A stretch of DNA of 64,000 nucleotides from Candidatus Limnocylindrus sp. (GCA_040397175.1 JBBAWM010000002.1:21572-85571); one strand, 5' to 3'. Shown: positions 1 to 10,106, counted from the first letter of the stretch. Notes: generated from the sequence alone by a model not told the origin. Numbers and translations are program-made.

Positions 1-63
1 GATCGGGTAGGATTCCCCTCCAAGGCGCGCCCAGTCGGGCGCCAACGAGCGAGGTCAAAAAAC

Positions 64-267
64 ATGGGCGTACCGAAGCGGAAGAAGTCCCACGCACGTC
101 AGGGTGACCGACGTTCGCACCATGCCTTGACGCTTCCATCCATGGATCGCTGCCCACAGTGCAACGCCGTCAAGCGTGCGCACCATGCCTGCCTCGAGTG
201 CGGAACCTATCGCGGCCGCGAGGTCATCCGCCGACCTGCGCCGGACGCGGACGTCGCCGACGCCTAA
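64..267 (+). CDS. rpmF: 50S ribosomal protein L32
   Basis: The product starts MGVPKRKKSHARQGDRR and has the Zn-ribbon cysteines CPQC...CLEC. A GAGG Shine-Dalgarno lies upstream, and plsX follows. Confidence 0.85.
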   Translation: MGVPKRKKSHARQGDRRSHHALTLPSMDRCPQCNAVKRAHHACLECGTYRGREVIRRPAPDADVADA

Positions 268-273
268 CTCGCA

Positions 274-1320
274 ATGAGCGCGTCGGGCGGCACTGTCCGC
301 CTCGCCCTCGATGCGATGGGTGGTGACCACGGTCCCACCGAAGTTGTTCCTGGCGGTTTGCGCTGGGCCAAGGAGAATCCTCGCGACCACCTCGCCCTTG
401 TCGGTGACGAGCAGGTCATTCGCACCATTGCTGGTGGTGAACTCCCCGCCAACGTCTCCATCGTTCATGGCCCAGGCGTGATTAGCATGGAAGAGAATCC
501 CGCGAATGCCGTGCGCGAGCGGAAGGACGCATCGATGGTTGTTGCGGCAACTCTTGTCCGCGACAAGCTCGCCGATGCAGTCGTCACCGCGGGCCACACC
601 GGCGCTGGCATGGCTGCAGGCGTGTTGATCATCGGCCGCATCAAGGGCGTGATCCGACCGGCGATCGCCGTGCAGTTCCTCCTGCGCGAGAAGCCGCTGC
701 TCCTGCTCGACGTTGGAGCGAACCCAGATTCAACCCCCGAAAACCTCTATCAGTACGCCCACATGGGCCAGATCTTCTCGGAGCGGGTCCTTGGTGTGGT
801 CAATCCGCGCGTGGCGCTCCTCTCCATCGGTGAAGAGAAAGGAAAGGGCGATGTGCGCATCCAACGTGCCACCGAGCTCCTTGATCAGTCGAAGCTGAAC
901 TTCACGGGGAATGTTGAGGGTCGGCACCTCGCCGCCGACGAGGCCGATGTGGTGGTCTGCGATGCGGTGCTCGGCAACGTTGCGATCAAGCTTGTTGAAG
1001 GGGTAACGACCACTATTACCGATATGTTCCGAGCAGAGTTCCGTCGCCTCCCATTCGGACCCATCGCCGCACTCCTGATGCGTGGCTCCATTGCGCGCAT
1101 TCGCACCCAGCTCGACTATGAGCGAGTTGGTGCGGCAATCCTCCTAGGAGTGCAGGGGACCGTGGCGATCACGCACGGTCGCGCGCGTTCGCGCATGGTC
1201 TACTTCGCCTGCGCAACGGCGGCACGTGCCGTGCGCGAGCGCGTCACCGAGCAGATCGCTTCGTCGATCGCGGAGAACACGATTGCCGCCCCCGACGGTC
1301 TCCCTGTCGGACCGGCGTAA
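274..1320 (+). CDS. plsX: phosphate acyltransferase PlsX
   Basis: The product has the PlsX signature LALDAMGGDHGP. The rpmF-plsX context is conserved. Confidence 0.9.
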   Translation: MSASGGTVRLALDAMGGDHGPTEVVPGGLRWAKENPRDHLALVGDEQVIRTIAGGELPANVSIVHGPGVISMEENPANAVRERKDASMVVAATLVRDKLADAVVTAGHTGAGMAAGVLIIGRIKGVIRPAIAVQFLLREKPLLLLDVGANPDSTPENLYQYAHMGQIFSERVLGVVNPRVALLSIGEEKGKGDVRIQRATELLDQSKLNFTGNVEGRHLAADEADVVVCDAVLGNVAIKLVEGVTTTITDMFRAEFRRLPFGPIAALLMRGSIARIRTQLDYERVGAAILLGVQGTVAITHGRARSRMVYFACATAARAVRERVTEQIASSIAENTIAAPDGLPVGPA

Positions 1321-1321
1321 G

Positions 1322-1801
1322 GTGGCAACGAGGCGAGCTCCGGCCGCGCCGAAGGATGCGGCGGCGCGTGCCCATACGGCGGGTCGACGCGATGCGCTCA
1401 CCGCCCTCTATGAGTCGGACTTCGGGATGCGTACGGCGTTGGCGGTTCTGGAGCGTCGCGTCACGGCGGGGGAGATGGCCGAGGAGACGCTCGTCTGGTC
1501 TCGACCACTGCTCGAGGTTGTGGAGGCGCATCGGCCGCAGATTGACGCGGCAATTGAGCGTCTCGCCGCCGCCTTCCCGCTTGCCACCATGGCCCGAATT
1601 GACCGTTCTCTCCTGCGGTGCGGCCTAGGGGAGGTGATACACTCCCGCACGGCGGCGCCGACCGAGGCGATCGCTGCGTGGACCGCACTCGCTCGCACGT
1701 ATAGCGGCGAACCGGCCCGCAAACTGGTCAACGGCGTACTCGGCACCGCGCTTCGCGAGGTTGCCGCCACGGCGGAGAGAGACGGAGGGAGTAACTCATG
1801 A
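1322..1801 (+). CDS. nusB: NusB-family transcription antitermination protein (probable start GTG 1322 inside ORF 1226..1801)
   Basis: The product has the NusB hallmarks [24 protein letters not shown] and KLVNGVL. The GTG lies right after the plsX stop, preceded by AAGG. Confidence 0.6.
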   Translation: MATRRAPAAPKDAAARAHTAGRRDALTALYESDFGMRTALAVLERRVTAGEMAEETLVWSRPLLEVVEAHRPQIDAAIERLAAAFPLATMARIDRSLLRCGLGEVIHSRTAAPTEAIAAWTALARTYSGEPARKLVNGVLGTALREVAATAERDGGSNS

Positions 1802-2046
1802 GCGACAAGGATCAGGCAATCTTCCAGGAGCTCCAGAGCTACATCGTTGAGCAGCTCGGTGTTGAGAAGGAGAAGGTGAAGCCAGAGGCCGCCTTCATCG
1901 AAGACCTCAATGCAGACTCCCTTGACCTTGTTGAGTTTGCGATGGGCCTCGAGGAGAAGTTCGGCGTGACTATTGCGGACGAAGAGCTCGGCAAGATCAA
2001 GACGGTCCAGGACGCCGTCGACGCCATCGTCGAGAAGAAGGGCTGA
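1798..2046 (+). CDS. acpP: acyl carrier protein
   Basis: The product is 82 aa and carries the DSLDLVE phosphopantetheine-attachment motif. Confidence 0.95.
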   Translation: MSDKDQAIFQELQSYIVEQLGVEKEKVKPEAAFIEDLNADSLDLVEFAMGLEEKFGVTIADEELGKIKTVQDAVDAIVEKKG

Positions 2047-2050
2047 GATG

Positions 2051-2069
2051 GGGCGGCCCCTTGGCCGCC
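2051..2069 (+). terminator. GC-rich hairpin immediately after acpP (GGCGGCC-CCTT-GGCCGCC), possible terminator or attenuator without a U-tract
   Basis: I read the inverted repeat directly in the sequence. It lies 5 nt after the acpP stop. Confidence 0.3.
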
Positions 2070-2154
2070 AGCGTGAGGCGCGAGCCACGCGCGGTGTAGC
2101 CAGTAGGGCGTGCCACCACTCACCACGATGACGCTCGTAGTGGCGCCACTGTCG

Positions 2155-2847
2155 ATGACCCCAGCACAACGTGAACGCCTTGGAATCCCGGCGGGAGGGG
2201 AGGCGCTCATAGAGCTGGCCCTCACGCATCCGTCGCGCCGCCACCAGGGTGGGGCTGGTGCCGACAATGAGCGCCTCGAGTTCCTTGGTGATGCCATCCT
2301 CGGCGCCGTCGTTGCCGCACGACTTTACGCCGATGACAGTGGAGCCGAGGAGGGAGACCTGTCTGAGCGCCGTGCCGCCGTAGTCTCACGTACCGCACTT
2401 GCAGAGGTTGCCCTGCGTATCGGCATCGACGAAGTGCTGCTGCTCGGCGAGGGTGAGGCAGCGCGCGGCGGTGCGCGTCGACCAGCGGCGCTCGCAGCGG
2501 CATTTGAGGCACTCATCGGCGCGATCTATCTTGGCCATGGCATCCCCGCGGCCACCACATTCATCGAACGGCACATGAGCGCTGAGCTCGCCGCACCGCG
2601 CGCCGCGCTCGGCAAGGGGATCAAGACCCTGCTGCAGGAGTGGACGCAGGCACGCAACGGCTCACTTCCGCGATACGACGTTGTTGCAACCACTGGCCCC
2701 GAGCACGACCGCACCTTTGAGTGCGTCGTTCGCGTTGACGGCAGTGAGGTGGCGCGCGGATCAGGGCCAAGTCGCCGTGCCGCCGAAGCCGCCGCCGCTG
2801 AGGCTGCCATCGACCTGCTCGGCATCACGGCAGGAGGGGAACAGTGA
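2155..2847 (+). CDS. rnc: ribonuclease III (ORF opens at 2110; ATG 2155 gives the canonical N-terminus)
   Basis: The product has the ERLEFLGDAILG catalytic signature and a C-terminal dsRBD. Its N-terminus is EALIELALTHPS. Confidence 0.9.
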   Translation: MTPAQRERLGIPAGGEALIELALTHPSRRHQGGAGADNERLEFLGDAILGAVVAARLYADDSGAEEGDLSERRAAVVSRTALAEVALRIGIDEVLLLGEGEAARGGARRPAALAAAFEALIGAIYLGHGIPAATTFIERHMSAELAAPRAALGKGIKTLLQEWTQARNGSLPRYDVVATTGPEHDRTFECVVRVDGSEVARGSGPSRRAAEAAAAEAAIDLLGITAGGEQ

Positions 2848-5800
2848 GCCGATTGCGACTCCGCGAGGTGCGACTGAGCGGCTTCAAGACCTTCGCCGAT
2901 AAGACGACCATCGCCTTCACCCCGGGGATCACCGCCATCGTGGGACCGAACGGCAGCGGCAAGTCGAACGTGGTGGACGCCTTGCGCTGGGCGCTCGGTG
3001 AGGCCGGTCGTGGAATTCGTTCAAAGCGCGTCGAAGAGGTGATCTTCGCCGGCTCAGAGAAGCGCCGCCCCCTCGGCCTCGCCGAGGTATCGCTCTCGAT
3101 CGCCAATGACGATGGACTCTTCGATCTCCCATTCACCGAGATCGAGATCGCCAGACGTGCCGATCGCGGCGGCGGCCAGGAGTACCTGCTCAATCGCGAA
3201 AAGATCCGCCTCCGTGACCTTAACGAACTCCTCGATGGTGCGGGCCTCGCCGAGAACGGACTCCTCTTCATCGGTCAGGGTGCCGTTGACCAGGCGTTGA
3301 GCCTCAAGGCGGAGGAGCGTCGCGCGCTGGTTGAAGAGTTCGCCGGCACCGCACGCCATGAGCGACGCCGCGCACGAGCTGAAACCGAGATGAAAGAGGC
3401 GATCGATAATCGTGCTCGTGTCGAAGAGATCCTCGGCACCCTCCGCCCACAAGAGCGCCGCCTCGCGACACTCGCGAAGCAGGAGGCGGGTCGCGAGGAG
3501 CTGTTGACTGAAGCGGTAGAGCGAATCGCTGCGCTGGGTGCTGCACGCGGCGCTTGGATCGCCTCGCGACGAGTACGCATCGGCGGCCAGCTCTCAACGG
3601 TGACAAGTGAGCTGCAGTCCATTCGCGAACAGCTGCGCAACGCCGACGAAGAGGCCCACCGTCGCCGCGAGCGCCTGGGGCTCGCCCGAACCGATCTTGA
3701 CGTGGCCCGCCGTGCCCTCGAGGCGGCACGCGAGGCTCGTGAATCTGCTGAGCGTGCCCATGCGCGCGTTGAGGCCGAATCGACCGCCCTGTCGCGTGAT
3801 GTGGAGCGCATTGCGTCCGAGGTTGCCGTCGCTGAGTCGGAGATCGCATCAGTTGAGGCGTTGCGCGCCGCTGCGGCACCCGCCGTTGATGCCGAAGCGG
3901 TCGCCGCGCTCGAGATCCTTGATGCCGACCTCTCTGCTGCACGCCGCGAGCTTGAGGCGCTCACCGACGGCAGCGGGGCAAGTGGGAGCGATTCAGCGGT
4001 GCGCGCCCAGCGTTCCCGCGAAGTAGAGCGCGCCGATCTCACCGCCCGCCTTGAGCGACTTCAAGCGGAGCGCACCGCCGTTACCGCAGATGGCGCCAGT
4101 GAAGATCCATCGGCGGCCGAGAGCGTCCTTATTCTCGCTGCGACCGCCGCTAGCGATGCCGCCGCCCGTCTCGCCGCTGCGTCCCGTGAACTTGCCGAAG
4201 CAGAGTCAGGCGCCGCCGCCGCCCGTGCAACTGTTGGCGAGAGCGAACGTGCCGCTCGCGCCGCAGAGGCGGAGGCAGCCTCACTCTCGGGCCGACTCAC
4301 CGCGCTTGAAGCGCGTCGAACAGCCTTACAGGAGCGCGCACTCTCAAAGGCGGCGCACGCCATCGGTGGCCGAAGTCTGTTGTCCGGTGTAGAGCTACGG
4401 GAAGAGGGCCGCACAGCAGTTCTCGCCGCCCTTGGCGCGTTGGCGCGAGGCTTCGTTGTTGATCAGCGCGGAGCAAGCCTGCTAGATGATGAGCAGGGGG
4501 CACTCGTTATTGACGGCGCCGATGTGATTGGCACCATCACGCACCCAACGCTCTCATCGCTCAGCAGCGAGATCGTGAGCGATTCGGATGGACTGCTCGG
4601 ACGCCTCCTCGCAAGCGTTTTCGTTGCCCCGAGCGTTGCTGCTGCCTTGAGCGCCCTCGCCGACTTGCCACGTGGCGGCACGATCGTCACGCGCGCTGGC
4701 GCTGTTGTGCGCCACGGAGGTGTCGTCATCCGCGAGACCGAGCCAGAGGATGCCCTTGTCGACTCAGAGATCAGCCGCGCTGCAGCCGCAACGGAGCGGC
4801 TCCGCGTGGTGGCGGCCACGCTGCGCAGCGAAGCGATCGTGGCGGCGGGCACTCTCACCTCTGCTGAGTCGAGGCTCACGCAGGGGCGTGACGCCGAAGT
4901 CAGCACTCGCGCCGCGCTTCGGGCCGCTGAATCGGCGCGTGCCGAGGCGGAGCGACGTCGTGACGCGGTGCGCCGGAGCACGTCGGAGCGCGCGGAGCGC
5001 ATCTCTCGCCTTGACTCGGCCGTCACCGCAGCCCAGGCCAGACTGAACGAGATCGCTCTCATCCCCGAACAGGCAGTTGCCACCGATGCCGCGACCCAGT
5101 GGCGAACCCGCGTTGAAGAGTTGACCGCCCGCCGTGCCGATCTCGCCACTGCCGTCGAGACAGACCGAGCGGCACTGCGCACCTGGGAGCTGGCGCGCGC
5201 ACGTGGCGATGCCACCGTTGCTGGCGCATCTGCGCGGATCACCCGTGCGGCTCAAGAGCGTGGAGCACTCGAAACGCGCGTCGCCAACCTTCGCGCCCAG
5301 CTCGCCGAACAGTCCGGCCTCGCCACTGCGGCCCGCGCCGCTGCCACGCAGCGGGAAGAGAGCGTGCAGGCGAAGGCGGCCCTCCAGGTTGAGATTGAGA
5401 GCGAGATCGCGACAGACGAAGAGGCGAAGCGTGGCCTCCGCTCCCGTGAGCAGCATCTCGATGAGGCCCTGCGCCCGCTCGAGCGCGATGCGCAGGCGGT
5501 TGAGTTTGAGCGCGAGCGGTTCATTGAAGAGTTAAGTGGTGACCTTGCCGCATTCGGTCGCCGCCTCTCTGAAGACGCTCGATTGGCCGCAGGAATCCCA
5601 GCCGTACTCCGCACCAGTACACCAGCCGATGACGCTGAGGTTCCCGCCGAGGGTGACACCGCTGCGCGTGAAGGGCTCGCACGCCAACAGGCGGCAGCGC
5701 TTGCCGTCTACTGGGAGGGGCAACGCGCCGCAACCGAAGGGACACCACTCGTTGCGCCAGACCCTGAAGAGTTGCGCGCCCTGGAGCGCCTGCGACGCAA

Positions 5801-6455
5801 GATTGGCCCACTTGAAGCTGGTGGCGCCAGCATCGTGATGGAGCACCAAGAGCTGCGCGCACGACTCGAGTCCCTTGAGGTCCAGACGCGTGACCTTGAC
5901 GGTGCGATCGAGAAGGCCGCAACGCTGATGCGGGAGCTTGACCTGCTCGTTGAATCAACCTTTACGGAGCAGTTCGCCGCACTGCAGACCACCTTCGCTT
6001 CGAACTTCCAACTCCTCTTTGGTGGCGGAGATGCGCAGCTGCGACTTGCCGATGACGGTGAGTCACGTCGGCCCGGCGTTGAAATTGATGCGCGGCCACC
6101 CCTGAAGCGTCGACAGCAGCTCTCGCTCCTCTCAGGTGGAGAGCGCGCCCTCACCGGCGTGGCACTCCTGCTGGGCATGCTGGCGGTGCGACCACTCCCA
6201 TTCGTCGTCCTTGACGAAGTGGATGCTGCGCTCGACGAGGCGAATGTCACGCGCTTCGGCGATGCCATTCGTGAGCTGAGTGAGCGCACCCAGGTCGTGG
6301 TGATTACGCATAACCGCGGTACGGTCGAAGTGGCCGATAGCCTTTGGGGCGTAACGGTTGGTGAAGATGCGGCAAGTCGTGTCTTTGGGCTGCGCCTTGA
6401 TGAGGCGAAGCGCATCGCCGATCAGGCTCGCGCGGAGCGCGAGGCGGCGCGTTGA
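2844..6455 (+). CDS. smc: chromosome segregation protein SMC
   Basis: The product is 1203 aa with the Walker A motif ITAIVGPNGSGKSN, long Ala/Glu/Arg coiled coils, and the C-terminal LSGGERALTGVALLL...VLDEVDAALD. A GTGA overlap joins it to rnc. Confidence 0.9.
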   Translation: MSRLRLREVRLSGFKTFADKTTIAFTPGITAIVGPNGSGKSNVVDALRWALGEAGRGIRSKRVEEVIFAGSEKRRPLGLAEVSLSIANDDGLFDLPFTEIEIARRADRGGGQEYLLNREKIRLRDLNELLDGAGLAENGLLFIGQGAVDQALSLKAEERRALVEEFAGTARHERRRARAETEMKEAIDNRARVEEILGTLRPQERRLATLAKQEAGREELLTEAVERIAALGAARGAWIASRRVRIGGQLSTVTSELQSIREQLRNADEEAHRRRERLGLARTDLDVARRALEAAREARESAERAHARVEAESTALSRDVERIASEVAVAESEIASVEALRAAAAPAVDAEAVAALEILDADLSAARRELEALTDGSGASGSDSAVRAQRSREVERADLTARLERLQAERTAVTADGASEDPSAAESVLILAATAASDAAARLAAASRELAEAESGAAAARATVGESERAARAAEAEAASLSGRLTALEARRTALQERALSKAAHAIGGRSLLSGVELREEGRTAVLAALGALARGFVVDQRGASLLDDEQGALVIDGADVIGTITHPTLSSLSSEIVSDSDGLLGRLLASVFVAPSVAAALSALADLPRGGTIVTRAGAVVRHGGVVIRETEPEDALVDSEISRAAAATERLRVVAATLRSEAIVAAGTLTSAESRLTQGRDAEVSTRAALRAAESARAEAERRRDAVRRSTSERAERISRLDSAVTAAQARLNEIALIPEQAVATDAATQWRTRVEELTARRADLATAVETDRAALRTWELARARGDATVAGASARITRAAQERGALETRVANLRAQLAEQSGLATAARAAATQREESVQAKAALQVEIESEIATDEEAKRGLRSREQHLDEALRPLERDAQAVEFERERFIEELSGDLAAFGRRLSEDARLAAGIPAVLRTSTPADDAEVPAEGDTAAREGLARQQAAALAVYWEGQRAATEGTPLVAPDPEELRALERLRRKIGPLEAGGASIVMEHQELRARLESLEVQTRDLDGAIEKAATLMRELDLLVESTFTEQFAALQTTFASNFQLLFGGGDAQLRLADDGESRRPGVEIDARPPLKRRQQLSLLSGGERALTGVALLLGMLAVRPLPFVVLDEVDAALDEANVTRFGDAIRELSERTQVVVITHNRGTVEVADSLWGVTVGEDAASRVFGLRLDEAKRIADQARAEREAAR

Positions 6456-7363
6456 AACTCGCCTTCTGGCGAAAGAGTTCACCTGAGGACGAGAAGCGTG
6501 TGTCTGAGGCCATCACCCCCGCCTCAAACCCTCTCGCCAAGGCGCTGCGTCGATTCACCGCCCCAGAACCTGATTGGCAGGAGATTGAAGTAGCCCTGCT
6601 CGCCAGTGATGTTGGGCTGGTGGCTACCACCGCACTCATTCAAGCGGCGCGAGCTGGTGGTGGGGCCAGCGGGCGTGCTCGGGTACGGGCTGCCGCACTC
6701 AGGTTGCTTGGCGATGATCTGGCGCGCCTGAACGAGGAGGCGGATGTGGTGCTGCTCGTTGGCGTCAACGGCGTCGGGAAGACGACTACCGCCGCCAAGT
6801 TGGCGGCCCGAGCGAAAGGGGCTGGCCTCTCACCACTTCTTGTCGCTGCAGATACGTTTCGTGCGGCGGCGATCGATCAGCTGCGTGCGCTCGGCCTTCG
6901 TGAAGGAGTTGAAGTTGTCGAGGGACGCCCCGGCGGTGATCCCGCAGCCGCCATCCACGATGCGCTAACGCTGGCTGCGGCGCGAACCTATACCCCCGTC
7001 ATCATCGACACCGCTGGTCGGATGCAAACGCGGAGCGGCCTCATGGATGAGCTGGCCAAGATTCGGCGCGTCGTGTCGAAGGTTGCCCCGACGCGAACGG
7101 TCGAAGTACTGCTCGTCTTAGATGGTACCGCCGGACAGAACGGCCTCGCCCAAGCGCGTGGGTTCGACGCCTCGGCGGGGGTTGATGGCATCGTCCTGAC
7201 TAAGCTTGATAGTGGTGCGCGTGGTGGTGTGGCGCTGGCGGTGCGACGTGAGCTTGGCCTGCCGATTCGTTGGATCGGAACGGGCGAGCGTGCCACCGAC
7301 CTCGTGCCGTTCGCCGCTGAGGCGTACGTCGACGGGTTGTTAGGAGCGCCGACGAACTCCTGA
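6452..7363 (+). CDS. ftsY: signal recognition particle receptor FtsY (short form)
   Basis: The product has VLLVGVNGVGKTTTAAKLA and the DTAGR and TKLD motifs. A TTGA overlap joins it to smc. Confidence 0.9.
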   Translation: MKLAFWRKSSPEDEKRVSEAITPASNPLAKALRRFTAPEPDWQEIEVALLASDVGLVATTALIQAARAGGGASGRARVRAAALRLLGDDLARLNEEADVVLLVGVNGVGKTTTAAKLAARAKGAGLSPLLVAADTFRAAAIDQLRALGLREGVEVVEGRPGGDPAAAIHDALTLAAARTYTPVIIDTAGRMQTRSGLMDELAKIRRVVSKVAPTRTVEVLLVLDGTAGQNGLAQARGFDASAGVDGIVLTKLDSGARGGVALAVRRELGLPIRWIGTGERATDLVPFAAEAYVDGLLGAPTNS

Positions 7364-8572
7364 CGTTGGAATCTGCGAGAGCGATTGGATCCTGCCTAGT
7401 CGAGAGGCGGCAACGAAGAGGCCAACCGCAATTGAGGCGAGGCCGCCAACGACGAGCGCCGCACCACTCCCGGCTACGGAACTGCCGATCACTCCGCCGA
7501 TCACGATCCCCAGAAGCCGACCAAGGATGCCGATTCCGTCATTCGCAGCGTTCGCACGCCCCTGGAAGGCAGCCGGCAAGACGCGGCCACGGATTGCAGC
7601 CTGATTCGCCTCCCACACGGTTTCGAAGCCGTCGCTCAGCAGCTGGTGGCCGATGAGCATGGCGAAACCGATCAGGGTTGGGCCAGGCGCGAGTGGCACG
7701 AGGATCAAGCCGAAGCCCACGATCACCAGGCTGACAGAGATCGCACGCCCAACCCCGAGGAGTCGGGAGATGCGCTCGGTGAGTGTGCCGCCGAGGAAGG
7801 CTGCGATGCCACCCGTTGCAATGACCAGGCCGATCGCCTGTGGGCCAAGCCCTATCCCATTCGTGATGTAGAGCAGATAGGAGGAGCGGAAGAGCCCAAA
7901 GTAGAGGCCAATCACAAACGTCGCGACCAAGAGCGGCCGCATCAGCACGACGGACCATGTTTTCTGAAGCCCGTCGATGAGCTCACGCTGGAAGCTCAGC
8001 CGCGCAGATTCTGGTGGCAGCTTCGGTTCTGCCACACGGAGCAAGCCGATCAATATCGCCGAAACGATGTAGGTCGCAGCATCGATGCCGATAGCCGCTG
8101 GTCCACCAAACGCACCGATCAGGAGTCCAGCCGAACCAAATCCGAAGAATTCGGCGGCTCCCCGGATTGCCATCGTTCGCGCAAGAACGGCACGCAGCGA
8201 TGGGGCGTTCACGAGTCCAGCCACATAGCTTCGTTCGGCGATATCGAACGTGGTGGTGCACATACCGCTTACGGCACTCACCGCGATCAGATGGGGGAGG
8301 GTTACGCCTCCGAAGATGGCGGCAGCGAGCGGGATGGACCCGAGCAGCACCGCGCGCAAAAGATCGGTACCAATGAGAACGGGCTTGCGGGGGAGTCGGT
8401 CGATCCACACCCCAGCCAGCTGGCTTACGAACGCCCCTGCGATCAGGTCAACCGCGGCTAAGGCGGCCGCTTCTGCTGCGTTGATGTGCAAGCCAAGGAT
8501 GGCGAGGAGGGGGAGGGCAGCCCGCGTGATGAAGGAGCCGTAGGTCGAGACGGCCTGCGCGCTGATAAGCAT
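7340..8572 (-). CDS. MFS transporter (ORF extends to 9253 but the N-terminal ~200 aa is Arg/Ser-rich junk; likely start at 8572 or 8650)
   Basis: The product has more than ten hydrophobic segments and the MFS motif VWIDRLPRKPVL after TM2. It lies antisense between ftsY and ffh. Confidence 0.6.
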   Translation of the reverse strand: MLISAQAVSTYGSFITRAALPLLAILGLHINAAEAAALAAVDLIAGAFVSQLAGVWIDRLPRKPVLIGTDLLRAVLLGSIPLAAAIFGGVTLPHLIAVSAVSGMCTTTFDIAERSYVAGLVNAPSLRAVLARTMAIRGAAEFFGFGSAGLLIGAFGGPAAIGIDAATYIVSAILIGLLRVAEPKLPPESARLSFQRELIDGLQKTWSVVLMRPLLVATFVIGLYFGLFRSSYLLYITNGIGLGPQAIGLVIATGGIAAFLGGTLTERISRLLGVGRAISVSLVIVGFGLILVPLAPGPTLIGFAMLIGHQLLSDGFETVWEANQAAIRGRVLPAAFQGRANAANDGIGILGRLLGIVIGGVIGSSVAGSGAALVVGGLASIAVGLFVAASRLGRIQSLSQIPTSGVRRRS

Positions 8573-8672
8573 GTTGACGTCGTTCCGCACGCGTGGGGCC
8601 AAATCCTGCAGACCACCCCGGTCCTTGGGCACAACTTTTCGAGCCGTCATTGCGCGAGCGTACACTCTGGGC

Positions 8673-10106
8673 ATGTTTGACGCGCTTGGTAGCAGTCTTC
8701 GGGCCTCACTCCGCCGGCTCACGGGGAGTGGACGCATCAGTGCCGCCGATCTTGAGGCCGGCCTGGCCGACATTCGCACCTCCCTGATCGGCGCCGACGT
8801 GGCAATGCCCGTTGTTGCGCAGCTACTCGATCGGATCGGTGAGCGGGCGCGCGCGAGCGAGATCGTGGGCGGCCTTGGTGCGGGCGAGCGTATGCTTGGC
8901 ATCCTGCACAGTTCCCTGACTGAAACGCTTGGCGGATCTGGTCGCGAACTCGACCTGCGTGAACGACCGGCGACCATTCTTCTCCTCGGCGTGCAAGGCG
9001 CGGGGAAGACGACCACAGCAGCAAAGTTGGCATATCGCCTGACGAAAGATGGCCGCCGACCACTGCTCGTGGCCGCCGATCCGCGTCGCCCCGCGGCTGC
9101 GGAGCAGCTTGCCACGCTAGCGTCGGCAATCAAGGTGCCCATGCATCGAGAGGCGCCCGGAACTCCAGTGGCAGAGATCGGTACCCGCGCCATTGCCGCC
9201 GCGCGACGGCTCGGACTCGACGTCGTCATCATCGACAGCTCAGGGCGCACCACCCTTGACGACGAGCTCCTCGAGGAGTTGCGCGACCTTCGTGATGCGA
9301 CGAAGCCGCGGGAGCGACTTCTTGTCCTCGACGCCGCGACGGGTCAGTCGGCGTTGGCGATCGCGGAAGGATTCAAGTCAGTCACTGAACCAACTGGCCT
9401 GATCCTTTCCAAGCTGGATGGCGATGCGCGCGGCGGTGCTGCGCTCTCCATTGCCGGCGGTGCAGGTATTCCAGTCGTGTACGTTGGGACCGGCGAACGC
9501 TCCGATGCACTGGAACGGTTCTACCCCGAGCGCATTGCAAATCGCATCCTTGACATGGGCGATCTTGCCACGCTAGCCGAACGCGTCCGCGATGCGGAGG
9601 TCGGCCCTCTCGCGGCGCCGGACGCTGAGATCCGCGCAAAGGCGGCAGAGGCGCGCGCACTCCGTGGCGGAATGACCTTCGACGACCTTCTCAGTCAACT
9701 TCGCCAAATGTCGTCGCTCGGACCGATTGGCCAGGTGGTCAAGATGATCCCCGGCATGGGAGGGATGGCCGAACAGGCCGAGGCCGCCGTTGCCAGCGGC
9801 GAGCTGAAGCGCACCGAGGCGATCATCCTCTCCATGACCCCCGCTGAGCGGCGTGACCCAGCCCTCTTGACCTTGCCGCGTCGCCGACGCATTGCCGCAG
9901 GCGCAGGCCGAGCCATTGAGGAGGTCAATCGGCTGGTAAAGCGGCTCGAAGAGATGCGCACCCTCATGCGACGCGCTGGCGGCGGCGACCCGAGCCGGCT
10001 GATGGGCGGCGGGGCGGGCCTCCCTGGCAAGCACGCAGGGGGGCGGATCCCCCCGAAGGCGGCGAAGCGGGAGAAGCGGGCGAAAAAGGGCGGCAAACGG
10101 CGCTAA
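8673..10106 (+). CDS. ffh: signal recognition particle protein Ffh (ATG 8673 inside ORF 8571..)
   Basis: The product starts MFDALGSSLRASLRRLTG and has LLLGVQGAGKTTTAAKLA, DTSGR and an M-domain. It has a basic KRxK C-terminal tail. Confidence 0.9.
   Translation: MFDALGSSLRASLRRLTGSGRISAADLEAGLADIRTSLIGADVAMPVVAQLLDRIGERARASEIVGGLGAGERMLGILHSSLTETLGGSGRELDLRERPATILLLGVQGAGKTTTAAKLAYRLTKDGRRPLLVAADPRRPAAAEQLATLASAIKVPMHREAPGTPVAEIGTRAIAAARRLGLDVVIIDSSGRTTLDDELLEELRDLRDATKPRERLLVLDAATGQSALAIAEGFKSVTEPTGLILSKLDGDARGGAALSIAGGAGIPVVYVGTGERSDALERFYPERIANRILDMGDLATLAERVRDAEVGPLAAPDAEIRAKAAEARALRGGMTFDDLLSQLRQMSSLGPIGQVVKMIPGMGGMAEQAEAAVASGELKRTEAIILSMTPAERRDPALLTLPRRRRIAAGAGRAIEEVNRLVKRLEEMRTLMRRAGGGDPSRLMGGGAGLPGKHAGGRIPPKAAKREKRAKKGGKRR

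Noticed and set aside
55-597. A 180-aa minus-strand ORF overlapping rpmF and plsX.
   Set aside because: It has no motifs and lies antisense to two strongly supported genes. It is a GC artefact.
3275-6415. Several long antisense ORFs inside smc (3275-4042, 4463-5242, 5708-6415 minus). There are similar ones antisense to rseP (19571-20815), nusA (22371-23288), infB (23531-24622), pnp/asd (31027-32040), the MFS gene (7646-8461 +) and rnhB (13097-13858).
   Set aside because: Their products are Arg/Ser/Ala-rich low-complexity sequence with no recognisable motifs. They are fully embedded in well-supported genes on the other strand. Open frames like these are expected from stop-codon scarcity in ~70% GC DNA.
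8571-8672. An N-terminal extension of ffh (ORF opens at 8571).
   Set aside because: The canonical Ffh N-terminus MFDALGSSLRASL begins at ATG 8673. The upstream residues are non-conserved and overlap the divergent MFS gene.
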